Source: Eledone cirrhosa (Eukaryota). From it: a stretch of 64,000 nt of DNA. The notes below the pieces were generated by a model, which had not been told where the DNA came from, did not search any database, and saw only the letters and a program-made list of their open reading frames with translations. The DNA lies in the NCBI GenBank assembly GCA_964016885.1, contig OZ024742.1, positions 129,456,001-129,520,000 of the forward strand, in the 5' to 3' direction. Shown in pieces: positions 1-13,283 of the stretch (within the stretch, counting starts at the first letter, position 1; every line of letters starts with the position of its first letter). A program made the position numbers and the translations under genes.

Positions 1-404
1 CTTTTTTGTTATGGTACAAATACCACATTAATAATCAAAACAATTTTAGTAAATCCCTCCAAATTCTTCATTGATTAATTCAAATACAATGTATTTTATC
101 AGAATTACGGTAATGAAAGGATTAAAAGCCCTGAAAATGGGCCATTAATGCTGCTTTTGCTCCTTTGTCTACAAAATAAAAAAATATTTCAATTATCCTT
201 CAAGCTTTTTTTTAGCCTAATTTCATGAGGCAAATCCTGCCTTTAAATGAAATCCATTCCATGCACACCCTAACAGCCTGTGACCTGTGAATATCTCACC
301 TTCTGCTGACCTCTCTGGCATCACAACTTAATAGTGGAGTTTCCATCTTCCATTCAAATCTACGATATCATCCACTAGCTTTGTAATAAGAAGTCCTCCG
401 CCTC

Positions 405-800
405 AAGAATTCATCAGGTGTTATTCTCTCTGAAGAGAGATACATCCTCGTGAGGTGTAGTGAATACTTTGCTGATCTCCTAAATTCAGTCATGACAACA
501 ACTTCTGATGTACATGAGGTGCATCTAAGCACAAGACCAATTTCTTAGAGACTATGGTACCAGAACAATTGAGAGATCACTGCTCTGGTACTACAGACAT
601 GTCTAAGGAAGGAATTGCTGATCAAACTTTACAAGCAAAACCAACCATAAGAAAACCCTAAAGTAGATCATGGGAAAGATAGTTAGATAACATCCATATG
701 CTTGGTTGACCTCAATTGGGGAACAAGTCAGATCATCTGGAGATGGTTGCTTCTGATAGCACCCCCTAGAACGTATCTGAGGACTCTGCCCCCATAACCT
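405..800 (+). mobile_element. Degenerate RTE-clade LINE remnants
   Basis: 405-488 translates KNSSGVILSEERYILVRCSEYFADLLNS, resembling the pre-RT linker of RTE LINEs. 560-800 is a diverged copy of the RTE 3' end at 925-1190. Confidence 0.5.
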
Positions 801-924
801 TCCTAAATTCAAATCTTGGACGGAAATTTCATTACTACATGACAGATAACATTAGATGTCAGTAGTGAAATATTTATCTTTGATTATTAAGTTGAAACTT
901 AGGGCAACGGCTTGGCAGAATTGA

Positions 925-1190
925 GAAATTCTCCGAATTAAGAGATCATAGTTCTGATACTACAGGCAGGTGGTTAGAATGTCTCAGGAAAGAATCACTG
1001 GACAAGTTTTTATGGGCAAAAACAACTGGCAGGAAACCCAGGGGTAGATCCCAAGCAAGATGGTTGGATAACAGCCATGAACCTTGTTGGTCTTGCTTGG
1101 GGATCCAGCTGGGTCAATTGGAGACAGTTGCTTCTGACAGGACCTGCAGGAAGGCATGCTTGAGGACTCTGCCCCTCCCTGTAACCCTTC

Positions 1191-1221
<31 letters not shown>

Positions 1222-1244
1222 AAGAAGAAGAAGAAGAAGAAGAA
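925..1244 (+). mobile_element. RTE-type LINE 3' end followed by (GAA)n tract
   Basis: Translates ...GRKPRGRSQARWLDNSHE...LETVASDRTCRK (RPRGRP-x-RW motif of RTE C-termini). (GAA)n at 1191-1244. A related fragment lies on the minus strand at ~20690-20820. Confidence 0.65.
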
Positions 1245-1545
1245 GGTGACCAAATTAGCAGTGGAGGAAGATGTTCTGAAGGTACAGTGGCCAGAGTAAG
1301 AACAGGATGGAGAAATCTCAGAGAGCTACTACTGCTGCTAGCAAAAAAAGGTTTTCCCATCAAAATGAAGGGCAGATTGTACGATGTGTGTATACGGACC
1401 GCAATGTTGCATGGTAGTGAGACCTGGGCACTGTGTGCTGTGGACCTATGAAGATTCGAAAGAAATGAAGCCTGCATGCTCTGAGGGATGAAATATACAC
1501 AAACAGCAAAGTGTGAATGAACTGAGAAAGAAACTAGGCATAGCT
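1245..1545 (+). mobile_element. RTE LINE RT C-terminal fragment
   Basis: GDQISSGGRCSEGTVARVRTGW...KGRLYDVCIRTAMLHGSETWAL, homologous to the ORFs at 23492 and 26135; contains stops. Confidence 0.85.
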
Positions 1546-3404
1546 GCTATCCACTTTTTTCTCAACTATATGGATATTTTACCTGATTTTCTAAGGAATT
1601 ATTTATAACTGACTGTGATTACAGTTATTTTCTGCATCAGAGTTTTTCTACATTTTCTAAAAATTTCAATCCACTCACCGCTTTGATAATTTATTTTCAA
1701 AATGTTGTTTACATCCAAGATGTTTACATCCAAGATAGAAGTTGCTGTCAGGGGTTTTTAGCTCAAAAGATTAGAGTGCTCAGCCAGAATTTGTGCGGTA
1801 TGGAGTTCAATTCTTCGTGGTGGCTGCTAGCCACTTTATTCCATCTTTATAAGAATTTTACTCGATTTTCTAAGCACATATTTACAGCAATCGACTGTTG
1901 TTACAGTTATTTTCTGTGTTTGATATTTCTACATTTTCTAAGAATTTCAATTCACTTAACACTGATTTTTTTAAAATTTTTGAAATCAGTTATTAGTTTT
2001 ATAGTACTGCTACTGTTTAGTGTAGTAACCACTACTACTGTTTACAGTAGTAAACAGTAGTAAATAACAGCAGTCTGCAGTAGCCACTTAGAAATAGGTG
2101 AACTAAGTATGTTGGCCATATGCTAGATATAGTGCAGTAATGGTGACAGGATATGAGCTGCCAAGCTCTCAGCTGGTCATCTCCTACCCTATTGACTCCA
2201 GCTGACACACATTTACTTGGCCTTTTTACATGGACATCAGTACTGGCCAGACTTTACCCCCATGACCCATATTTATTTTTTTTTTTTAAAGTCAATTTTC
2301 TGAAAATAGTAACCCTTTTGAGAACATGCCACCCAAAACCACAACTTTTGTGATACATAATCTGTTCATTTTAAAATGCTCATATTTATATTAAAACCTT
2401 CTATCATTATTTTATTTTAAAAATTCTGTTAAGTTATATTTTAAACATGAATTTGCTAAATGAAATGGTTAGTTATTTGAATAAATTCTTCAATTTTTCG
2501 AAATTAATTAAAACACATAGACATTGTTTTTCATTAGAAATATGGTAACAAAAGAGCAAATATTTGCTGCATTTCTTCAGGAAAATATTCCTCAATTTTT
2601 GTTTACAGTAAATTTATTGTAGCTCTTATGCTTATGATCTTTTTTATTTAACATATTCATAAACATTTTACATTTTGTCAGATATTTCAATAGAAAATGA
2701 TTATGTCTTCATGACACTTTTCAAAATTAAACTAATCAAAGTTTGGAACCATGGCAATCAAATTGTTTGTTAATATGTGGATGGTGTCTCAGAATTTGTA
2801 GTTTCTAATTAATTCTATATTTCTACTCAAATCAATGTAAATTTCTGTATAATTCACTTACCAATTTATTTTCTGCCACTTCAGCAATTTAATGGAAAGC
2901 TACCCTTCTGAAGAGGATGCTGGAATAAAAAGAGTAAGATGCCCAGAGTTATCTCCCATACTGGTTGGAAGAAGATCATATTAGGCATGACCACCGTGAA
3001 GACTGTTCTATTTTAGCTTTCTCCATGAATTAACTCTTAACATCCTGTACCATATGAAACCACATTAGCAAGATATTCTTGAATATGACTACATCACATT
3101 AAAAAATCAAAGTCAATACTGCAAATTCTCACAACACAGAAACCATGCGAGGTGAATTCGCTTCAACCTGTCTGATCTCAGACCGTGAATACCCATCCAA
3201 CGCATACAAGCATGGAAAGCAGATATAAAATTAATGATGATGATGATGATGATAATGATGATGAAAATCTGTCCACTAGTAAAGATGCTATAAAAATTTG
3301 AATAGACAAACTCGTTTTTAGATATTTTCTGTTAAATCATTGCAGAATGTTAAAACATAAGTAAATTCATACCAACTTACCTATTATATATTTGAAGCAT
3401 TGTA

Positions 3405-3487
3405 AATGAAATTTAATACAGGGAAAAGTAATGAAATTTAATACAGGGAAAAGTAATGAAATTTAATACAGGAAAAAGTGATGAAAG
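3405..3487. repeat. 25-bp tandem repeat x3 (AATGAAATTTAATACAGGGAAAAGT)
   Basis: Directly visible. Confidence 0.85.
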
Positions 3488-4289
3488 CCACAACAATGCT
3501 GCCATAAAAGTAAAACGATAAAACATGTTTATGTAACAGTTTAACTTTAATAAGCTGCTAAACTAGTTTGTATAATGTGTATCATCAAAAATAAAGTTCT
3601 GAAGTATTTTGGTCACATAAATGCTCACAAAAAGGTATTTTTTAAACATATATGGAGGGTATGATTCAGGGTAAAAGAATGAAGAGGAAGCCGCCGAGGT
3701 GTTGGTGAGACAATGTCTATAAATGGCGTGGTCTAAATGTTTATGAACTAAACTAAGCCACTTAAAATAGGAAACTTTGGAAAGAACCAAGTCATGTTAG
3801 TGTGCAATCTGCCACAGGCAGTGAATAAGGACAATGTAGTTCTAATGATTCTGCCATGTCTTTAGAGACAAGGACAAAATGCCTTGTGGTATTTGTTCTA
3901 GCTCTCTGCAACTTCAGTTCAAATTACACCAAGTCAACTTTTCCTTTCATCCTTTCAGGTTTGATAAAATAAAGTACCACTCCAGTGACAAATGAAATAC
4001 TTTAAAGTATTATCTGCCTCTTTGTATTCTCAATTCAAATCTTACTGTGGTCTCCTTGAATGGTAGATTAATTCATGACCTCACTTTTCCCTTGAGGACC
4101 TTTATCAAAATACAATCTGTTGCAAGCACTTGAACCATGTCTGTCTGGAGGATACCTTCCCCATCTGTCTTAGAGGCTCTAGAAAGAACCATGGGCCTAT
4201 CCTGCCATCCCTTAAAAAAGGTAAAGAACCCATCTGATGGAGTTGAAAGGGTGCCATCCTGACACCTGCATGTCTTTATAATTTTAAAC

Positions 4290-4540
4290 CTTGTAGAGCC
4301 CATCCCACTCCAAGCTGGAACACAGCTGATTTCTTCCAGAGAATGAAAAAGAGAAGCTGAGCAATTGATAGAGAGGAAGATTTGATCCCATAACTGTACT
4401 GGTATTTATTAATCTTGAAAAGATAAGAGGCAAAGTTGACCTCAGTGGGATTTGAACTCAGAGTGTAGTAAGGTGGAACAAATACCAAAGCATTTTGAAT
4501 CTGACACCTTAACAATTTTGCCAATTCACTGCCTTGCTTC
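4290..4540 (-). mobile_element. tRNA-type SINE with Nin/Deu-like central domain (representative copy)
   Basis: Shares B-box GAGTTCAAAT and the family domain GGTCAACTTTGCCTTTCATCCTT..GGGGTCGATAAAATAAAGTACCAG. Further copies at ~3850-3985(+), 8630-8770(-), 17235-17385(+), 21395-21600(-), 29358-29540(+), 30739-30876(-), 35580-35770(-), 48232-48356(+), 58704-58882(-), 59090-59240(+), 59490-59710(-), 60405-60530(-). Confidence 0.75.
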
Positions 4541-4701
4541 CCTAACTAAACAGACAAAATAAATTGAGCAGTACTCCATTGTAGAACTTAACTATTTCAA
4601 TATGGCTCATATTTAAAGATTTTACATGCATTTCTTTCCATTCACAACTAGGATTCATTAACTATAAACATCCTATAATAATTTAACAGAAAATATCTAA
4701 A

Positions 4702-6160
4702 GAGTCCTTCCCTTCCATTGTGGTCCCTCCCCCATCGGCTTGGTGCTCCTTCGGAGCCGCAATTACAGAACTTGCCTTTGGGTCAATCTTCCAATCGAAG
4801 ATGGTTGGCCTTGAAAACTTATTGAATAATACTGAGGCAATCAAACCCCATCAAGGGTTTTTCATACTCAGAAACTAGTTTTGAATCCTAAGCTTCTATA
4901 TATATACTCAGGGTCAGCCCATCTCTCAGATTTCTGTCAAGTCTCCAATGCTTTGACAACCTAATCTTCGAATGACTCGAATGCTTGGTCAATGACAGAC
5001 TCTCTCCAGAGTCGTGTTGCTAGGCTACATTGCCCAAGTGATTTGGTGGTCTTAGTCTACGTAAATGTTTGTCCCTCTCTCTCCCTTGCTTCCTTTCCTC
5101 CGCCTACACTTGTTCCACCCTGCTGAGCAACACCCTCTTCTCTCTAACATGGGCAAGTTCCAACAGGTAGATGGATGAAGCTCTTCTACAATGGTGTGAG
5201 TTGGGCTTGTCTGTTCCTGAGAAGGTGTAGGACAAATGGAGTCAGAGAGCTAGGGACAGCATACATTCGAACACCTTTGATGCTCTAGTTGACCAGTCAG
5301 GTCAGTTCTCAAGGTGCCGCTTACTGTCTGCCAGCACCAAATACACAGGTGACTGGATTGATGCCCCACCCATGGCTAACATTGGTGACCTACTCAAAGT
5401 GGACAAACTTCATGTCTCCATTGCACTCAGAGTGGGAGCTGACATCTGTACAAGTCTGAAATGTCAGTGTGGCAAAATTCTCGACTCTACAGGCCTCCAC
5501 AATTTATCTTGCCACCTGACTGCTGATTGCTTTGCGAGTCACACAGAGCTAAACCTCATCATCAAGAAAGCTTTGGTCTGGGCAAACATCCCTTCAATTT
5601 TGGAACCATCTGGTTTAGCGGCAGGTGTCTTATCTGAGACGTCACAGTTAGTGGCTCTTTTGCTTCTTCCCACATCCTGGATGCAGCAGTTAGGGTGAGA
5701 GCTACAGCTTTCCCAGCTGAATGGAACAAAATCCTGAAATACTGTGATCTGTCGGCTAACTACATTTTCCAGCCTGTGGCGTTTGAGATGTTTGTGGGAG
5801 TCGGGCTACTGACAGTGAGATTCTTATCTTCACTGGCGGCTCACCTAACCGAGGTAACTGGTGATGCACATGAGGCTGCTTGGTTGTTCCAACGCATGAG
5901 CCTGGCCATCACCTGATGTAACACTGCAAGTGTGCTGGCTTGCCTAAAAAAATTATTAGAGTTTTCCCAGTGCTCCTCGCTATATTGTTATCTTTTGCTC
6001 TGGTAGCGGTTCGTTTGTCCATCCCTTTCATCTCCCTTTTGTTGTGTGTGGCCCTAGATGTATGTATTTCCTGCTTGTATATATTATATGTGTTTGTGTT
6101 TTCATTCTGTAACCATTATATTATTATATTTTTTATACAACTGTGAATAAAAGATTTTCC
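4702..6160 (+). mobile_element. 5'-truncated CRE-like non-LTR retrotransposon (RT C-terminus, zinc knuckle, restriction-like endonuclease), degenerate
   Basis: ATLPK*FGGLSLR thumb motif (~5025). LRVGADICTSLKCQCGKILDSTGLHNLSC...HTELNLIIKKAL...IPSILEPSGL (5372-5698). KILKYCDLSANYIFQPVAFE...WLFQRMSLAIT (5695-5916), typical of the CRE RLE region. AATAAA at ~6146. Confidence 0.8.
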
Positions 6161-8022
6161 ACCTAAAAATGGGTTTATTAATTCAAACATTTATAGGGTC
6201 TTCAATGTTGAACAGAAAATTGTGACAAAAATACATATGAGAGTAAAAACAGTAATTTTTAATATAATGCAGTCATAGTGCCGTTTTATATCTTTAACAC
6301 TATAACGATTTAGCAGAAAATATCTAAAAATGAGTATGTTAATTCAAACATTTTTAGTATCTTCACTATTGGACAGAAAATATTAGAGTAAAGACTAATT
6401 TTTAATGTGATGCAGTCATAATGCTGTTTTGTACATTTCTTTGAGAATGTCTTGCTAATGTGGTTTCATGTGGCACAGGATGTTAAGAGTTAAAGTTGAA
6501 ATATTAAATAAATCCATTTTTTGCTTTTCTGGTTTTCACCACTCTTCTCTGTTCAAACAATGATGTTAACTTTAATATGTTTTAGCTTCAGATCAGCAAC
6601 ATCTCTTTCATGAAATACAGATTACTCTCATTGATTATTATATTTATTCATTTATTTATTTTATCTGAGATTAAAAACAGCTTCAACTAGATGGAGAAAA
6701 AAACACTGAATTTTGAGTATGAATTGAAAAAAAAAGAGAACATACTTCATACGTGTCCAGCTTATTTTAGAGAAAATAGTCTGACATTTAATTACATTAA
6801 AACATAATTTCATAAAGAACATAACAAATGGTCTGCTGAGAGAAGCTTCCAAAATATTTATTATTTATTTATTTCTATTTTATTTTTTACCTAGGCCACT
6901 TGAAAAGAATTTACCAGCTAATATATAATCTTAAAAGTAGGTAAATAAATTGAAGAATTCGATAAAAGCTATTTGAAAATGTGATGCAAGATATCAATTG
7001 AAAATAAATTATAAAATATCTTCAAATGAAACCACTAGCCTTTTGATACCAAACTGAATGAAGCCACGCTTGATTCTATGATACAAAGCTGTTTGTTTTA
7101 AAATATTTATGTATATCTAAAAGCAGATCATCACAATTTCATGTAAGAACCTTTGTTAAGTTATGTTCCAAACACCAAACACCAAACCACGTAATCTGAT
7201 GACTGCAACCTGATGATGCCCATTGCCCCTGTACCAGTAATTACTATAAGTTTTGTTACGGTAAAACATGGGAGTATTTTGGATATAGTTCTGAAGGCCA
7301 TGATTAGTTTTTTTAAAACTTTATATCTAATACAGTATTACGTAGGTTAGGTTGAGTTCAGGTGTATGGACAATATTTGCTTGAGTTTGTGGATATCACT
7401 AGATTGGAATAATTTTGTATACATTAGTGTTAAGGCAATTAAGAGTATTACTAAATCCCTCTAAAATCATAGGCAGTGTTTTTCATTAAAAAATATGGTA
7501 ATGAAAGGAATAAACTTTGCTCAGTCTAAAATAATCCACCCCAATCTCCTGAAGAGGATATTACATAATAGAGTCAAATTTTAGAATTATTATATTTTAC
7601 TTAAATTAAAGTCACAGTTAAGGTATCTTCAGGTTTTGTTAATTTGTGTTTGTGAATATGTGTATGTATGCATGGATGTGTGTTTGTCTGTATGTCATGT
7701 CTGTATGTCTGTATATCATCATCATCATCATCTTTTTCTGCTAACAAGGGTTGGACGGGTCTACAAAAATCAAGTCAGTACTGAAGTAGGGCTACTGATC
7801 TCCCAGGCAGGCTGATGGGGGTATCTGCATCTCACTTACGTACAGTCTCACATCCTATCGAGTGCACAAGAGAGGTTGTCATATTTTTTAAACAACTGAA
7901 GGGTCTTCCCAATCCTTTGTTTGGCAAGCAATCATGTATATTCTGGCTTTTAGAATAGATACACTATAATGTTGCATGTCGTAAGAGGCAACCACTTTAC
8001 AGCAGGTACTGGGTGCATTTAA

Positions 8023-8243
8023 CTCTTTAGCATTCAAACCAGCCGTATCCGGCCAGAAATGTCTCACCTCTTTCTGTTCAAATCGGCTATAACTGGCCAC
8101 TTATACTGATGTTAAGGTATTGTTCTCAAGATAAATAACATCAAAATCTCATAGATTCGATATTATGTGAGATAATTATGTAAGATAATGTGTGTACTAC
8201 CAAAATACAATAGTATATATAGAGTAATGTGAATGCTAAAGGG
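8023..8243. mobile_element. piggyBac-like MITE with TTAA target-site duplication
   Basis: TTAA-CTCTTTAGCATTC...GAATGCTAAAGGG-TTAA. An empty-site version of the flanks (CATTTAACATGTAAAT) is present at ~8365-8380. A truncated second copy lies at ~43337-43510. Confidence 0.85.
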
Positions 8244-9054
8244 TTAACATGTAAATCACCAACACTATAGAGGCTGTCTGTCCTTGACATAACTAAAGGG
8301 TCCCTTTGTTTGGCAAGCTTTGTACAGCTGGTATGCCCTTCCTACCACCAATGTGTACTAAGTCCATTTAACATGTAAATCTCCAACACTAGAGAGGCTG
8401 CCATGTCCTTGACATCACAGAAGGGTCCTCATATATATATAATAATCATCATCATTTATTTTACATCTATTTTCCATGTTGGAATAGGTTGGACAGGATC
8501 TTTCAAGGTAATGTTTTACAGATGGGTATCACCAACACATTTTGTTGCCTCTTACGACATGCAAAGTTATAGTGTACCTATTTTAAAAGCCAGGATACAC
8601 ATGATATATATATATATATATATAATGGTAATAATTGTTTCTACTTTTGGCACAAGGCCAGCAATTACCCAGTACATTACTGGTACTTTATTTTATCGAC
8701 CTCGTAAGGATGAAAGGCAAAGTTAACCTTGGCAGGATTTGAACTCAGACTGTAAAGGGACGTAACTATAATGGTTTCTGATGTAGGCACAAGTATCAGA
8801 AAGAATTACCACACAACTGATTTGGAAGAAAATTAGCTTAGATGAATTGTAAGCTGGTTTTATGCTAGTATGGTATCCATCGTTGGCTTTTTCTTACTAT
8901 TCAATGATATGATGAGCACTCACTGTAAATGACGTTAGTGTTAGGAAGGGCATACAGCTGTAGAAATCAAGCCAAAATTCCCGTCCCACCCTTGCAAGCA
9001 GGGAAAAAGCGGACGTAAAATGAAATGATGATCATGATGATGATGATGATGATG

Positions 9055-10325
9055 AAGGCCTGGTTTATTGGTAGCTAAAAAGCTAAACATAGATAAATGG
9101 CTTGTGGGAGTGGTGCAAGCCATATACAGAAATGTTGCCACAAGGTGAGAGTTAGCAATAGATTCTGGAAGTTAGCATGTAGATAGGTCCTCATAAGGGC
9201 TCAGTTCTCACCTCACTCCAGTTTATTATAGTTCTATTGGTCATAATAGAGGAGTTTAAGACTGTCTGACCTTGTGCTTAGAGCTGAATCGGGTGAAGAA
9301 ATTCTAAATGTGGGAGTAAAGGACCAAAACACTTGATTGAGGGGTGTTTCTTCTCTGAAGACCTTCTGTCCAGCTCTTTTGAGAGTTTCTTCTGAGAATC
9401 AAGAGGCTTCGAAGTAAACCGATCAAAGACAAAAGTTTTAGTTAGCAAGAAAGAAAACAGAGCTCTACTGACCTAGCTGAATATGTAGAAAACGAAATTT
9501 CATACGGTATGTTCAATGTAAACTATGGATGCACAACTGATGTAATGAGATCACAGGCAAGTTGAGAGATATGAAGGATTTTGTGTCTAGCAGATAGACA
9601 AAAGTAATTAACAGTAAAAACACTCATAAAATAAATTCTTTCAAATTCTTGGGGAGTTCTCTAGAGGTTGATAGTTTCTGTTACTTAGGTGATTTAATTA
9701 GGAGTAGGGATAGAAAGATGTTTAAAAACATAATATTAAGATTAAGAATCATCACCAACATCATCATCATCATTTTACGTCCGCTTTTCCCTGACAACAA
9801 AGGGATTCTTTTTCTGAGCAATGGACAGGGAGTTTTTTTATGTATGGCAGTAAAATATGGATATTGAACATGGAACGTGTGTGATGAAATGAGGTGAGCA
9901 TGCTCCACTGGATGTGTAATGTTAATGTGCATAAATGAGAGAGCACAAATGAACTGACCTCTATAAAAGAAATCAGATATAGTATGCAAAAGAGAAGACT
10001 AACCTTGTATGAACCTGTGATGTATATGGAAGATGACAGTTTGATAGAACAGTGCCAAGAGATCCCAGTGGGAGAAAGCTGCAGTAGAGGAAGACCAAGG
10101 AAGACATAAGCAGAAGTAATGAAAACTGATCTCAGGATGCTGAACCTTACCAAGGAGATCACAAAAGACTGCAAAAAGCAGCAAGACTTTTGTCTTGAGT
10201 TTTAGAAGACCCATCCAACACATTCAAGTATAGACAAATGGATGTAAAATGATGAAGATGATGACAATGATGAAGATGATGACAATGATGAAGATGATCA
10301 CAATGATGACGATAATGATGATGAT
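9055..10325 (+). mobile_element. Highly degenerate RTE LINE with (TGA)n tail
   Basis: Fragments SLEVDSFCYLGDLI and GRPRKT are homologous to 44657-46200; tail at 10250-10325. Confidence 0.75.
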
Positions 10326-11218
10326 GGAAATTATATGGTTTGTTATTCAATCTTTCTCATATACTTATTGTAAAATCTATAATCTTAAATCTTAATGATC
10401 AACAAGATCCAAGACCTCATTTGTTTACTAAGTGGGGTGAAATCGTCAAATCAGTCCAAGAAAACAATGTTTCGATTGATCTTTCCATTACTGACACTAT
10501 CTTGTGGTCACAGATATTTACACAGATATAAGGGCACACATGTCTATGGAATATGCAGCTAGTTACATGTTAATTTAACAAGTATGTTATTACATTGATC
10601 GAACTAGAATACTAATCATCAAAACTAACAGAGATTCGTTTGCTTTACACAGATATATAGAAAGTTATTTCAGGTATACTTTCTTGCAGAGCCTACATTT
10701 TTATATTGATTTGATTAATTCATTCAAATCCTCTATAATATGTTATATAATTATTTCTATATAAACATATATACTATATCAGATAAATTTTAGATAGCTT
10801 CACAGGCATATGAAAAGTTATTTAATATGTTTCCTTGCAAAGCTTACATTATTTGATTGAATTAATTAATTCATTCATATGCTTTATGGTGTATTATATA
10901 ATTACTCTCATATACATATTGTGAAATCTGTAATATCTGATAATTAATTTCAGATATCTATAGAAATATTTGAAATCCTATCTGAGCATACCCATTCTCA
11001 TATCAAATTAAATAATTCATTCATATGTGTTATAGTTTGTTATGTAATTTTTCTCAACCACTTATGTTTAAATCAATATTAACTAATGACTAATTAGAGA
11101 TAAATACAAAGATATATATATATATATATAAAAATTAGAGTTGGTGCTCTGAAATAGCGATATATATATGAATGTATATATAGTGTATTTTGCAATACAC
11201 TGTATGCTTAATTAAAAG

Positions 11219-12740
11219 CATTTCGAAGACCTTACGCTATTGTTTTAGAGTAGTGATAGTCTCACTTACTTTAAATTTTCAGCAAACAGGGGAGATAAAG
11301 CTGACAAAGCTCTGTTTCGTACTGATTGGTACTTATCAAAGCCAAGCACTCCACCTGTAAGTGGAGACTGTCACTACTCTAAAACAATAGCGTAAGGTCT
11401 TCGAAATGGATGAAGCAGTTCAAAAAGTGTTATGGAAGAGTGCTTGGTTGATCCATGATGGAGGCAAATACTGGTCTGGGGTTGGATATGATTTCCCTTT
11501 TTAGAGATTAAATATGCAGGGAGAGGTAATTCAGGGTGGTCAGGTAGGGGAGAGAGAGATGAGAAGGGGTAATTCATTTATATAAGAAAAAGGATTAGGT
11601 AGGGAGGGAGGTAACTCTTTAGAGAACATAGGAATTGGGGCTTTAGTTCATTGTTCTTTCCAATTTTAGTTTAGTCTGAAGTTTAGTCCATTAAGCAGAG
11701 GTCGGAATTTGTTAATGAAGTACGTTTCCTTATTGGTACGATGGATGAAGCGTTGTCTATGAATTTGTAAATGGGGAAAATTTTTAAGTTTGGATGTTGG
11801 TTAGGTGTACAATTGGCGATATGTTGACTAAAAGCAATCTTTCTGTATTCCTGTATTTTGATTTGTGATCTATGGACGGTCATACGTTGTCGGAGGCTGT
11901 TTTTTGTCTGTCCTATGTAGTGCTCTCGACAACCTGAGCAGCTCAAAACATAGATTAGGTTTTCAGATGCACATGTAAATTTTTATTTAACTGTGAAATG
12001 TTGTCCTTGTTTAAAATGGAATGTTGAACCTTCTATTAGATTTATGCATATACCACAGTTGCGCATTCTTTTACTGTAGGGTTCATTGTGAGGGTTGGTT
12101 GGATTTTGGCTTGTGTGAGGATATTTTTTATGGATTTAGGTTGTCTTTTGCTCTTTATGATGTTGTGTGTTTGGAGGATTATGTTCATTCTTGGGTCTCT
12201 TTTTAGTAAAGGAATGTTCTGGAGGATGGTGTTGAATGCCTCATTGTTGACGGGGTTGTGTGTGGAAATGTATGGTAGAGTTTTCTGTTTCGGTTCATTC
12301 CTGGGTTTGGGGTGTCTGAGTTCCTGGATGTTGAGTTTTAGTGCACGTTGGAATCCATTGTTGATTAGGGATGGTTGGTAGTTTCTGCTAATAAGTGTGT
12401 TCTTTAATTCTTCTAGTCATGTGTAGCATGTGTATTTATCTGAAACTATTGGGCTAGGTTATAAGGAATTGCCATTTTGGTATAGCGAGGGTGGCACGAG
12501 TTAAATGGAAGATATTGTTTGGAGTCTGTGGGTTTGTAGTATATGTCTGTTTCTATTTTGTTGTTTGTTTTCTTGATGAGGATGTCGAGGAAAGGGAGTT
12601 GTTCATGGCTGTAATCTATTGTAAATTGTAAGTTTGTGTTGAGTCCATTTAGAAGGGTTTTAAACTCAATCAGTCTTTCTATACTTTCATGCAAGAGAAT
12701 GAAGTAGTCGTCCAGATAATAATCGTCTTTTTCTTCCTAT
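11219..12740 (-). mobile_element. 5'-truncated Penelope-like element (RT C-terminus, GIY-YIG endonuclease, 3' terminal region)
   Basis: YLDD...LNTNLQFTIDYSHEQLPFLDILIKK...IYYKPTDSKQYLPFNSCHP (12446-12720). NLIYVLSCSGCREHYIGQTKNSLRQRMTVHR GIY-YIG (11683-11965). Inverted repeat 11219-11269/11357-11408 encloses a hammerhead. Confidence 0.9.
11299..11343 (-). ncRNA. Type I hammerhead ribozyme, U3:A8 core variant
   Basis: Minus strand GGCT-TTGATAA-GTAC(CAATCA)GTAC-GAAA-CAGAGCTTTG-TC-AGCT. Stems I, II and quasi-palindromic III all pair; GUC cleavage triplet. Confidence 0.75.
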
Positions 12741-13283
12741 TTACATATATATATATATATACTTTATACTTTGATAGGTTTCAGCCAGTATTGGCCCAGG
12801 CCATGTCTAACTTAATAACACCACCTGGCGAAGTCTTTCAAATCAGGATTTGGACACCATGGCCCACTCAAGTAGAGAGTTATTGTTTACTGAGGCATAT
12901 CCAAGTGTAGGAGGTTTATCCAGAATTTCTTGAAGGAATTTGTCCAAAGACTTCTTGAACTTTATGGGGCCTGTTTCCGTTTAAATGTGTTTTGGTGTAA
13001 TGTTAAAGAGATTGGGGCCAAATGAGGTGAAATAATTGTGCCGTATTGTTGTTATGAGATACGAGTGAGATATTTGTCATGGGTGGATAGCAGGGGGCCC
13101 AAGCCTCGGGTGTATCTTAAAGGTGATGCCATAGTACTTCCTACTGTATTTGAAAGAAACGTTCGTAAATCTATTAAATAATTTAATGTAATTTAATCTC
13201 AAATTTTTTATTCATTATGTATATATATATATATGTATATCTATATCTATATCTATATCTATCTATCTATCTATCTATCTATA

